Of a stretch of DNA of 64,000 bases, positions 39,669 through 47,880 are shown piece by piece. Position 1 is the first letter of the stretch. Each line of letters begins with the position of its first letter. This DNA comes from Calditrichales bacterium (GTDB lineage Bacteria > Calditrichota > Calditrichia > Calditrichales > J004), in assembly GCA_965267575.1 (NCBI GenBank), contig OZ254086.1, forward strand, positions 480,001-544,000, in the 5' to 3' direction. The position numbers were made by a program, and so were the translations under genes. Below the pieces are notes generated by a model. It saw only the letters and a program-made list of their open reading frames with translations, ran no database searches and was not told where the DNA came from.

Positions 39669-39977
39669 ATGGACAAAGCACAAAACATCGCCCAGCTCAT
39701 CGACTACCAGGAAAACTCGGTGGTCAGTAAAACGCTGCTCAAACAAAAAAACGGCAACATCACGCTGTTTGCTTTTGACAAGGGCCAGGGCTTAAGCGAA
39801 CACACGGCGCCGTTTGATGCCTGGTGCCAGATTGTGGATGGCCGGGCCGCGGTAAAGGTCGGTGATACAACCCATGACATGAAGGCCGGCGACGCCATCA
39901 TCTTCCCGGCCAACATACCACACGCCCTGGACGGCAGCGAGCGTTTTAAAATGCTGCTGGTAATGATTAAGGAGTGA
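39669..39977 (+). CDS. Cupin-domain protein
   Basis: LFAFDKGQGLSEHTAPFDA...PANIPHAL. Confidence 0.92.
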   Translation: MDKAQNIAQLIDYQENSVVSKTLLKQKNGNITLFAFDKGQGLSEHTAPFDAWCQIVDGRAAVKVGDTTHDMKAGDAIIFPANIPHALDGSERFKMLLVMIKE

Positions 39978-40003
39978 TTGGGATACCCGCGCATTCATTA
40001 AAC

Positions 40004-40100
40004 CCCACGACTGAAGTCGTGGGTTAGCACAGCTTAATCTGCAAATAAGTTCTGTGGTGATTTCCTGACGAGAAAATTAACCTACGACTGCAGTCATGGG
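40004..40100. repeat. Two CCCACGACTGAAGTCGTGGG-type REP palindromes
   Basis: Exact copy at 40004-40023 (identical to 31020-31039); degenerate copy at 40081-40100. Confidence 0.8.
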
Positions 40101-40141
40101 CCTTATTAAGCATTTAAAAAAATGCAAACCATTTATCGGTT

Positions 40142-40882
40142 CTAACCCTGCGCCCATGTATCGATTAACCTTCGCATACGCTGGTAATGGCTGCCTTGCC
40201 AATAGACCTTGCCACATGAGCCGCATTGGTAAAATTTATCATAATATTTTTTGGTGAGCGGCTCGAGTCTGTGCAGGACATCCTTTTTAGCCACCTCCTC
40301 AATCAGACCGTTGCAGACCAGGCAGCGATGCATCGGCTGGATAAGGTTGCGCAGGTCGAAGCGGCGCAGAACTTCCTCCACCTGGTCACGGGGGTCGGGA
40401 GAACGCACCCAGTAGCCGTGCGTGATCACGCGGTGGTGCAGCAGTTTGCGGTCGTGGGTTAAAACCGCGCGACGGCCCTCCACAGAAAGCTCCACGATCT
40501 CGGCATCTCTGTAATCATTGCGATACAGGGTATCAAAACCGAGCATGCGCAGATAGCGGGCCAGCTTGCCCAGGTGCACATCGCAGATAAAGCGCGGGTC
40601 ACGCAGCGGCATTTCGCGCAGTTTCACCAGCGAAGAGATATCCAGGCTTTCAAACATCGGGTAAACGGCCACGCGGTCTCCATCCTGCAAACGGTAATCA
40701 AAGCCCACGGACTCGCCATTAACGACAATCAGTTCCACCTCCGTATGCGGCACGCCCAGCGCCTCAATGGGGTCTTTTATGGAAGGGCTTTCTTCAAAAG
40801 TGTACTCAATGTCCTTTTTCTTTTGCTGTTGCGGCAGGAAATCATTGAGCTCTTCGTAAAAGCGGAAAGTAGCGTTAAACAA
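40142..40882 (-). CDS. Ub-Mut7C + Mut7-C (PIN-like) RNase with Zn ribbon
   Basis: FRFYEELNDFL...LGVPHTEV; DVHLGKLARYLRMLGFD; RCLVCNG, CGSCGKVYWQGSH. Confidence 0.93.
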   Translation of the reverse strand: MFNATFRFYEELNDFLPQQQKKKDIEYTFEESPSIKDPIEALGVPHTEVELIVVNGESVGFDYRLQDGDRVAVYPMFESLDISSLVKLREMPLRDPRFICDVHLGKLARYLRMLGFDTLYRNDYRDAEIVELSVEGRRAVLTHDRKLLHHRVITHGYWVRSPDPRDQVEEVLRRFDLRNLIQPMHRCLVCNGLIEEVAKKDVLHRLEPLTKKYYDKFYQCGSCGKVYWQGSHYQRMRRLIDTWAQG

Positions 40883-40884
40883 AG

Positions 40885-41038
40885 GTGCTAACGTGTTTGA
40901 GTGTTATTGTGTTAATGTGTTAATGTGTTAATGTTTTCAAGCCCTATCTTGATCTTGATCGTGCTCATGATCATGATCTGAGCTTGCGTCACTCTGCAGC
41001 TCAGATCCCGGTGCGGCTGGGTCGCCGACCGGGATGAC
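40885..41038. repeat. Composite: GTGTTAAT octamer array + GATC hexamer array + REP
   Basis: About seven octamers at 40885-40940, GATCnT hexamers at about 40946-40980, AGATCCCGG...CCGGGATGAC at 41003-41038. Confidence 0.75.
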
Positions 41039-41083
41039 AGTCAGGTCAACAATTCATCAATTCAATAATTTACCAATCCGCTC

Positions 41084-41566
41084 TTAGTCACGGTAGTTTT
41101 CGAATTGCAGGGGTATGTCCAGGTTAGCGCCTTTAAGCATTTGGATTACTTCCTGCAGGTCGTCGCGTTTTTTGCCGCTTACACGCACCTTATCACCCTG
41201 GATGGAAGCCTGAACCTTCATTTTCGTATCACGGATCATCTTGCTGATCTTTTTGCCCGTTTCGGTTTCGATGCCCTGCTGCAGGGTAAGCTCCTGGCGC
41301 GCGCCTTTGCCCGATTCATGGATTGGGCCGGGCTTGATGAACTTCAGGTCCACATTGCGTTTGCTCAGCTTGGAACGCAGGATGTCCAGCATTTGCTTCA
41401 CCTGGAATTCACTGTCGGCCTGCAAATTGATGACACCATCGGCGATGCTGTATTCGGCGTTACTGCCTTTGAAATCAAAGCGGGTGGTCACTTCCCTGTT
41501 GGCCTGGTCCACGGCGTTGCTTACTTCGTGCATGTTCGGTTCGGAAGCGATGTCAAACGACGGCAT
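41084..41566 (-). CDS. yajQ: YajQ family nucleotide/c-di-GMP-binding protein
   Basis: MPSFDI...NAVDQ...RFDFKG...VRVSGKKRDDLQ...NYRD; start at 41566 after GGAGGA. Confidence 0.97.
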   Translation of the reverse strand: MPSFDIASEPNMHEVSNAVDQANREVTTRFDFKGSNAEYSIADGVINLQADSEFQVKQMLDILRSKLSKRNVDLKFIKPGPIHESGKGARQELTLQQGIETETGKKISKMIRDTKMKVQASIQGDKVRVSGKKRDDLQEVIQMLKGANLDIPLQFENYRD

Positions 41567-41596
41567 TGTTATCCTCCTTTTTTGCGATCTTTTCAG

Positions 41597-41628
41597 CAAA
41601 ATTAAAGCAGAGGCCGCACATGTACAAA
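41597..41628 (-). promoter_or_regulatory. Bacteroidota-type promoter TTTG-N20-TAATTTTG for yajQ
   Basis: Consensus match 30 nt upstream of the start codon. Confidence 0.6.
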
Positions 41629-41757
41629 TCATGCACACTTAGTAATGTAACAATCCGACAATACTTTTGGCTATTTAGCCCTGTTTGACATTTATCAAGG
41701 TTTGGCATGTAAGTTGATGCTAAGGAGAGCCAAAAATTGCACAATGAGGGAGCAGGT

Positions 41758-42180
41758 ATGATCCGTATGCTGGCAGCCGTGCTGACCATGTTTTGCTTTG
41801 TGGCAGCACAGTTTGCAACAGAAACGGAAAGGGTTGAGGCCACCGCAGATACAATCCGGATTGAAGACAGGCGTATATTCGCTTTTAAAAGCGCTGATTT
41901 CCGGGCCAGCTATATGGGGTTCGCCAACGTCCACGAGGAGATGCAGCTTATTTCGTTTAGAATTTTGACAACGGAGGTAGTTAACGATACGCTGACTTTT
42001 AGTTATGCGATGACCATGAACAGCGACCATTCGCAGGGTACGGGAAAAATCATTTTTGATGATGCCCGTATTGAGATTCCGCGTTTGCCCGAAGGGCGCG
42101 TTTCCCTGCCCGATGGCGGCAAAATAATTTTTGAATCCGTAGACAATACAAACCAATACTGGAAATTAAAGGAGATGTGA
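41758..42180 (+). CDS. Hypothetical secreted protein
   Basis: Signal-peptide-like N-terminus; 1 nt before the next ORF. Confidence 0.6.
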   Translation: MIRMLAAVLTMFCFVAAQFATETERVEATADTIRIEDRRIFAFKSADFRASYMGFANVHEEMQLISFRILTTEVVNDTLTFSYAMTMNSDHSQGTGKIIFDDARIEIPRLPEGRVSLPDGGKIIFESVDNTNQYWKLKEM

Positions 42181-42181
42181 G

Positions 42182-43045
42182 ATGAAGTTATTCATATTTA
42201 TTTTTGCGGGCATGCTTGTCCTGTCGTCCTGCAATCAGCAGAAAATGACGGAGATGCAGCAGGAGATTGATCAGCTTAAAACGCAAAACGATGTATTGCA
42301 GCAGCAAAGCGCCAGCAAAGATACGTTTTTGCAGGATTACACTACTACGCTGAACGATGTGTACGAAAACCTGGAAAACATTCGCAAGCGCGAAGGCCTG
42401 ATCACCCAATATTCCAAAACAATGGAAGAGGGCCAGGAAAACGACATTCGCAACAAGGTGCTTGATAACCTGAACAGCATCGACAGCTACATTATGAGCA
42501 GCAAAAAGAAGCTTAGCGCCCTGCGCCAAAAAGCCAGCCAGGCCGAAATGCAGAGCACCGCTTTTGAAGAAACCATCATGAAGCTGACCAACGAGCTGCA
42601 GGAAAAGGAGTTGTTCATAGCTCAATTACGTACGCAGGTAGATTCGCTGAACCAAGATCTGGATGAAGCCCTTTACGCGCTGCAGGAACGTGATGTACTG
42701 ATCGACGAGCAAACTGAGCGTCTGCATACGGCCTACTACATCATAGGTAACGACGAAGAGCTGGAGCAGAGCGAAGTGATCACCTATGAAGGCGGTATCC
42801 TGGGCTTGGGTAAAACCGCTGTTGTATCACCCAGGCTGAAAGAGGAGATGTTTACCGTTGCTGACATCACCATGATGGATAGCATCGAAATTGACGCCGC
42901 CCGTGAAGATGTGCGCCTGGTAAGCACCCACGCGCCGGGCACCTACGAGCTGGTTCAGAAAGATGAGCAGAAAAGCGTATTAAAGATCACCAATCCGGAC
43001 AGGTTCTGGAAAATGCGCTACCTGGTCATCGCTACCAAAAGCTAA
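42182..43045 (+). CDS. Coiled-coil lipoprotein (Cbp1-like)
   Basis: Lipobox LSSC; long heptad region; C-terminal AYYIIG...EGGILGLG...PDRFW domain. Confidence 0.75.
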   Translation: MKLFIFIFAGMLVLSSCNQQKMTEMQQEIDQLKTQNDVLQQQSASKDTFLQDYTTTLNDVYENLENIRKREGLITQYSKTMEEGQENDIRNKVLDNLNSIDSYIMSSKKKLSALRQKASQAEMQSTAFEETIMKLTNELQEKELFIAQLRTQVDSLNQDLDEALYALQERDVLIDEQTERLHTAYYIIGNDEELEQSEVITYEGGILGLGKTAVVSPRLKEEMFTVADITMMDSIEIDAAREDVRLVSTHAPGTYELVQKDEQKSVLKITNPDRFWKMRYLVIATKS

Positions 43046-43065
43046 GACCTCCATAGCCCCAAAAG

Positions 43066-43097
43066 AAAAAGGCGGGAAGAGCTTCCCGCCTTTTTTT
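43066..43097. terminator. Bidirectional intrinsic terminator
   Basis: AAAAAGGCGGGAAG-AG-CTTCCCGCCTTTTTTT between convergent genes. Confidence 0.9.
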
Positions 43098-43181
43098 ATT
43101 ATTAAGCCATTTGTGGGCTTGGAAACGGTTGGTTTAATGCAATTCAGGAAATTTAGAAACCGATTTGCCTGCAGATTGACA

Positions 43182-44075
43182 TTATTTGATTAAGAGCATC
43201 TTTTCTGAAAGTCTTTGTATTCCATTTGATAAAACATAATAATAGACACCGCTGCTAACTTCCTCTCCGGCTTGATTGGTACCGCGCCAAATCAGCGCAT
43301 GGTGACCTAAATTGTAGTGCCTTTTTCCAAAACTAAAGACTTCCCTTCCGATAACATCAAAAACAGCAACTTCTACTTCCTGAGGCTTTTGCACGCTAAA
43401 TTTTATTTTTGTACTACTATTAAAAGGATTGGGGCTGTTTTGATACAATGCTATGCCAGATGGAACAGACTTAGAGTTCATGCTAATAGATGTTACAAAG
43501 GTGGTATCGCCAAATAGCTGACTATCGATATAAGCGCCTCTCAATGTTTCATATCCTCCAGCTTCGTAGTACTGTTCATAGATACCTAAATTCTCAACAA
43601 GCCAAATTCCGTGAGCCACTAAACCAATCTTATTGTAAATAATGTTTTTTTGATCATTTTCATTAAATACATCGCTTACTTCCCAATAGCCGCCCCATGG
43701 ATCTTCAGGATCAGGAAAAGTGTCACCTTCAGCAACGTCAAGTTTTAGAAAAAAGCGCTCTTTTTCTTCGTAGAGACTTTTACTGTATACATCACTGCTC
43801 AAGCTATCGATTCTCCAAAATATGCTGTCTTCATCATACATATCATAAAAGATTTGCTTACGCTCAATAGTAAAATAATATCTATTGTTAATTATTGTAT
43901 CACTTATAACCTTTTTATATTCAGTTGCCACTAAAACTCCGCCGGAGCTGCGCTCTTCATAGACCCATAAGTCTCCTTGATTAAGTGGGAACATTTTTTC
44001 CCATTCATTGCTCTGAGCCCATGCGCTTTTTAATAGGCCAACTATGCACAGTAAACATGCAAACAGTCTTAACAT
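43182..44075 (-). CDS. Secreted protein with T9SS/FlgD-Ig-like C-terminal domain (AT-rich)
   Basis: Signal peptide AWA-Q; FPLNQGDLWVY; LYQNSPNPFN...WRGTNQAGEEVSSGVYYY...KMLLIK. Confidence 0.88.
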   Translation of the reverse strand: MLRLFACLLCIVGLLKSAWAQSNEWEKMFPLNQGDLWVYEERSSGGVLVATEYKKVISDTIINNRYYFTIERKQIFYDMYDEDSIFWRIDSLSSDVYSKSLYEEKERFFLKLDVAEGDTFPDPEDPWGGYWEVSDVFNENDQKNIIYNKIGLVAHGIWLVENLGIYEQYYEAGGYETLRGAYIDSQLFGDTTFVTSISMNSKSVPSGIALYQNSPNPFNSSTKIKFSVQKPQEVEVAVFDVIGREVFSFGKRHYNLGHHALIWRGTNQAGEEVSSGVYYYVLSNGIQRLSEKMLLIK

Positions 44076-44227
44076 GATGCTTTTGCTAGAAACTTTTAGC
44101 TTTTATTCAAATAATTGCAAAAAAAAACGGAGACGATTCCCATCTGTGTCTCGTTAATCCCAATTCGGGTTTTCACAGCAAAACGAAGCCACAGGTTCTA
44201 TCTTAAACCACTATCATTCACGAGAGT

Positions 44228-44290
44228 AGATCCCGGTGCGGCAAAACACAGCCGACCCCGATAAAAAATATCTGGACAGGCCGGGATGCC
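44228..44290. repeat. GTCAT-CCCGG REP-like palindrome carrying a ~25-bp insert
   Basis: AGATCCCGGTGCGGC...GCCGACC[CCGATAAAAAATATCTGGACAGGCC]GGGATGCC. Confidence 0.7.
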
Positions 44291-44360
44291 AGATGATGCA
44301 GGGTGCCTCTTTCTTTCATTCGTAATTCGTAATTCCCAAATTCGTAATTAAAGAATCCGG

Positions 44361-44558
44361 TTATCCTTTAAAGCGGGCGGCGTCTATTATGGACCAGATG
44401 TGGATGATCCAGCCCATGAAGATAAACCACAGCGCCCCCGCAGCCAGAAACATGATCAGGCCAATCAGAAAGCGCCCCTGCAGCCACTGGCCCAATCCGG
44501 GTATAAAAAAGCTGGCCAGCGCCGCGATTACATTGCCTGTTGATCCACGTCCCGCCAT
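44361..44558 (-). CDS. Small membrane protein (TM2-like, SFFIPGLGQ)
   Basis: ALASFFIPGLGQ...WIIHIWSIIDAA; SD AAGGAG. Confidence 0.85.
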   Translation of the reverse strand: MAGRGSTGNVIAALASFFIPGLGQWLQGRFLIGLIMFLAAGALWFIFMGWIIHIWSIIDAARFKG

Positions 44559-44628
44559 AGTGCAGCTCCTTCTTTTTCTTTGTTTAACGTTTTCCCGTTT
44601 CCGGGGGCAATTAATTTGTTAAGAACAG

Positions 44629-44654
44629 AGAGACGCAAAATTTTGCGTCTCTAC
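44629..44654 (-). repeat. GTAG-type REP
   Basis: Minus strand GTAGAGACGCAAAATTTTGCGTCTCT (24-bp perfect palindrome). Confidence 0.8.
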
Positions 44655-44726
44655 ATTCGTTGTCACCCCGGCCACTGCACCGGGTCTCTTCCATTCGTAA
44701 TTCGTAATTCCCCAATTCGTAATTGA

Positions 44727-47618
44727 TTACTCGTATTCTTCCATCGGGGGGCAGGCGCAAACCAGGTTGCGGTCGCCGTAGGTGTTATCCACACGGGCCA
44801 CCGCCGGCCAGAATTTATTAAAGCGGATATAATCGGCCGGGAAGGCAGCCTGTTCGCGGCTGTATGCGTGGTCCCAATTATCCGACGTTACCTCTTCGGC
44901 GGTATGCGGCGCGTTTTTCAGCACATTGTCTTCCTTATCCGCCTTGCCCGCGGCGATTTCCTGCATCTCATTATAGATATGAATTAAGGCGTTGCAGAAG
45001 CGATCCAGCTCTTCGCGCGATTCACTTTCTGTGGGCTCGATCATCATCGTGCCGGGTACGGGCCAGGAAACGGTAGGCGCGTGGAAGCCGTAATCCATCA
45101 GCCGCTTGGCGATATCCTCCACCTCCACCCCGGCTTCCTTGCGGAAACGGCGCAGGTCAATGATCATCTCATGCCCCACGTGTCCGTTCCTGCCGGCATA
45201 CAGCACATCGTAGTGGCCCTTCAGCCTTTCCTTAATATAATTGGCGTTTATGATGGCCTGTTCGGTCGCGGCACGCATACCGTCACCCCCCAGCATCAGC
45301 ATGTAGGCGTAGGAGATCAGCAGGATGCTGCTGCTGCCAAAAGGCGTAGCGGAAATGGCACTGATCGCCTTTTCGCCCCCGGTTTTTATAACCGGGTGTC
45401 CCGGCAGGAATGGCGCCAGGTGCTTGGCCACGGCGATCGGTCCCATGCCGGGTCCGCCTCCGCCATGCGGTATGCTGAATGTTTTATGCAGATTGAGGTG
45501 GCAGACGTCCGCGCCGATCACGCCCGGGCTGGTCAAACCAACCTGCGCGTTCATGTTGGCGCCATCCATATAAACTTGCCCGCCGTGTGTATGGATAATG
45601 TCGCAGATCTCGCGAATATCCTCTTCAAACACACCGTGCGTGGAAGGATAGGTGATCATCAGCGCTGCCAGGTTTTCCATGTGTTTTTCTGCCTTGGCCT
45701 TCAAATCGGTTACATCAACGTTGCCATTCTCGTCGCATTTCACGCTTACGATCTGCATGCCGGCCATATTGGCGCTGGCCGGGTTGGTGCCGTGCGCGGA
45801 AGTGGGCACCAGCGTGATGTTGCGCTGCGTTTCGCCGCGGTCTTCAAAGTAGGCGCGGATTACCATAAGCCCGGCATATTCGCCCTGCGCGCCGGAATTA
45901 GGCTGCAACGAAACGTCATCCAGACCGGTAATTTCACGGATAATGCGGCGCATATCATCTATCACCTCGGTGTAGCCGGCGGCCTGGCTCTGCGGTATAA
46001 AGGGATGCAACTGCCCGAATTCCGGCCAGCTTATCGGCAGCATCGCCGTGGCGGGATTCAGCTTCATCGTGCAGGAACCCAGCGGTATCATCGATGTGGT
46101 CAGCGAAAGGTCGCGGCTCTCCAGGCTCTTTATGTAGCGCATCATCTGCGTTTCCGAGCGGTGCATGTGAAAAACGGGATGTGTAAGGTATTCAGACGAG
46201 CGCTGCAGATCGTGCGGCCAGCTTAGTTCAACATCTTTTTCAAATTCAGCATCGTCAACCTGTGGCGCAGTGGCAGACGCCGCTTCGGCAAAAACGGCAA
46301 TCAAATCGCGCATGTCATTAAAGGAGACTGTTTCATCCAGTGACACGGTCAGATGCGTTTCATCCACGGTGCACAGGTTAATTTTATTGTCCGCGGCGAT
46401 CTTGTGAACCTTTGAGATCACCAGCGGCTTTGCTTTGATATTGAGTGTATCAAAATAGTTATCATTAAGCTGCTCATAGCCCATTTCCTTAAGGGCCTTT
46501 TCCAGGATGACCGTGTACTGGTGTACGCGCGCGGCAATACGCTTCAGGCCGTCCGGGCCGTGGTAAACACCATACATGGAAGCCATAATCGCCAGCAACG
46601 ATTGCGCTGTGCAGATGTTGGACGTGGCCCGCGCCCCGCGGATATGCTGCTCGCGTGTCTGCAGCGCCATGCGGTAGCCGTTGTTGCCCAGCCTGTCTTT
46701 GGAAACACCGATAATGCGTCCCGGCACTTGGCGCACAAAATCCTCGCGGGTGGCAAAAAATCCGGCATGGGGACCGCCGTATCCCGGTGGCACGCCAAAA
46801 CGCTGCGAGCTGCCAACCACAACGTCGGCGTCCCACTCGCCCGGAGGCGTAAGCAGGGTCAGCGCCAGCAGATCGGCCGCAAGGGCAACGCGCGCTTCGC
46901 TCTTGTGTGCTTCTTTGATCAGATCCGCATAATTCTCAATGCGCCCGTCGCGGCAGGGGTATTGCACCATGGCGCCAAATACATCATCAGAAAACGAAAA
47001 TTCCTTGTGCGGCATAACTTCAAGCTTAATGCCCAGCGGCACGGCGCGGGTTTTTAAAACAGCCAGTGTTTGCGGAAACAGATCTTCCGAAGCCAGGAAA
47101 ATGAGCGCGTCGTTTTTAACCTGCTCGCTGGAGCGCAGGCGGTAAAGCATGGTCATTGCTTCGGCGGCGGCTGTGGCCTCATCCAGCAGCGAAGCATTGG
47201 CCACTTCCATGCCGGCCAGATCGATCACCATCGTCTGGTAATTGAGCAATGCTTCCAGCCGGCCCTGTGCTATTTCCGCCTGGTAGGGTGTGTACTGCGT
47301 GTACCAGCCGGGATTCTCAAGTATGTTTCTGAGGATAACGCTGGGCGTGATGGTATTGTAGTAGCCCAGCCCGATATACGATCGGAAAAGCTTGTTTTTA
47401 GCGGCGATTTCCCGCGCCTTTTTAAGAAATTCAAATTCAGTGATGCCCGGCTCCAGATCCAGTTCTTTTTTTAGCCTGATACCCGCCGGCACGGTCTCGT
47501 CGATAAGCTTTTCCATGGAAGACACACCGATCGCCTGCAGCATTTCGCGGCGCGTTGCCAGGTTGGGGCCCAGGTGCCTTTTCAGGTATTCATGATGTTC
47601 GGCAATATTGATGGCCAT
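44727..47618 (-). CDS. gcvP: Glycine dehydrogenase (glycine cleavage P protein, single chain)
   Basis: YTPYQAEIAQGRLE, ATSNICTAQ, HLNLHKTF PLP-Lys, GDRNLVCACPP. Confidence 0.98.
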   Translation of the reverse strand: MAINIAEHHEYLKRHLGPNLATRREMLQAIGVSSMEKLIDETVPAGIRLKKELDLEPGITEFEFLKKAREIAAKNKLFRSYIGLGYYNTITPSVILRNILENPGWYTQYTPYQAEIAQGRLEALLNYQTMVIDLAGMEVANASLLDEATAAAEAMTMLYRLRSSEQVKNDALIFLASEDLFPQTLAVLKTRAVPLGIKLEVMPHKEFSFSDDVFGAMVQYPCRDGRIENYADLIKEAHKSEARVALAADLLALTLLTPPGEWDADVVVGSSQRFGVPPGYGGPHAGFFATREDFVRQVPGRIIGVSKDRLGNNGYRMALQTREQHIRGARATSNICTAQSLLAIMASMYGVYHGPDGLKRIAARVHQYTVILEKALKEMGYEQLNDNYFDTLNIKAKPLVISKVHKIAADNKINLCTVDETHLTVSLDETVSFNDMRDLIAVFAEAASATAPQVDDAEFEKDVELSWPHDLQRSSEYLTHPVFHMHRSETQMMRYIKSLESRDLSLTTSMIPLGSCTMKLNPATAMLPISWPEFGQLHPFIPQSQAAGYTEVIDDMRRIIREITGLDDVSLQPNSGAQGEYAGLMVIRAYFEDRGETQRNITLVPTSAHGTNPASANMAGMQIVSVKCDENGNVDVTDLKAKAEKHMENLAALMITYPSTHGVFEEDIREICDIIHTHGGQVYMDGANMNAQVGLTSPGVIGADVCHLNLHKTFSIPHGGGGPGMGPIAVAKHLAPFLPGHPVIKTGGEKAISAISATPFGSSSILLISYAYMLMLGGDGMRAATEQAIINANYIKERLKGHYDVLYAGRNGHVGHEMIIDLRRFRKEAGVEVEDIAKRLMDYGFHAPTVSWPVPGTMMIEPTESESREELDRFCNALIHIYNEMQEIAAGKADKEDNVLKNAPHTAEEVTSDNWDHAYSREQAAFPADYIRFNKFWPAVARVDNTYGDRNLVCACPPMEEYE

Positions 47619-47784
47619 TACGATAGTCCCTTCGTTTTTTAGCGCTTACATTTTTGCTGTATAAAACACTATCTAATTTAACACGATCAACATTCTTTAG
47701 AAACTCCCGCACAAAATTCCCGCGCTTTTTTCTGTGCTTTGAATTCGTGTAAATCACATTATAACGTTTATAAAAATAAAATAT

Positions 47785-47815
47785 TTTGAAGTTGGACAAT
47801 CGGCCTGTATTTTTG
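47785..47815 (+). promoter_or_regulatory. Bacteroidota-type promoter TTTG-N19-TATTTTTG for the ATPase/kinase operon
   Basis: Consensus match about 65 nt upstream of ATG 47881. Confidence 0.5.
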
Positions 47816-47880
47816 CGACTATTCCTTTTGACTGCTTGGCGTATGGCAGGGAGCTTCCAAATTTAACCTGGCAATTACCC

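Larger units (their letters stand above)
44317..44724. repeat. 33-bp direct repeats of ATTCGTA heptamers (44317-44349 and 44692-44724)
   Basis: CATTCGTAATTCGTAATTCCC(A/C)AATTCGTAATT, one mismatch. Confidence 0.9.

Noticed and set aside
44317-44724. CRISPR array
   Set aside because: Only two repeats 375 bp apart enclosing a gene; internal heptamer periodicity; no cas genes
45081-46226. Long antisense ORFs (this 381-aa one; also 62210-63313, 36129-37037, 12234-13025, 20944-21714)
   Set aside because: They lie opposite well-supported genes and have no recognisable motifs; expected shadows of codon bias
47620-47880. Glycine riboswitch upstream of gcvP
   Set aside because: No GGAGA...CGAAG...CTCTCAGG aptamer motifs on the minus strand
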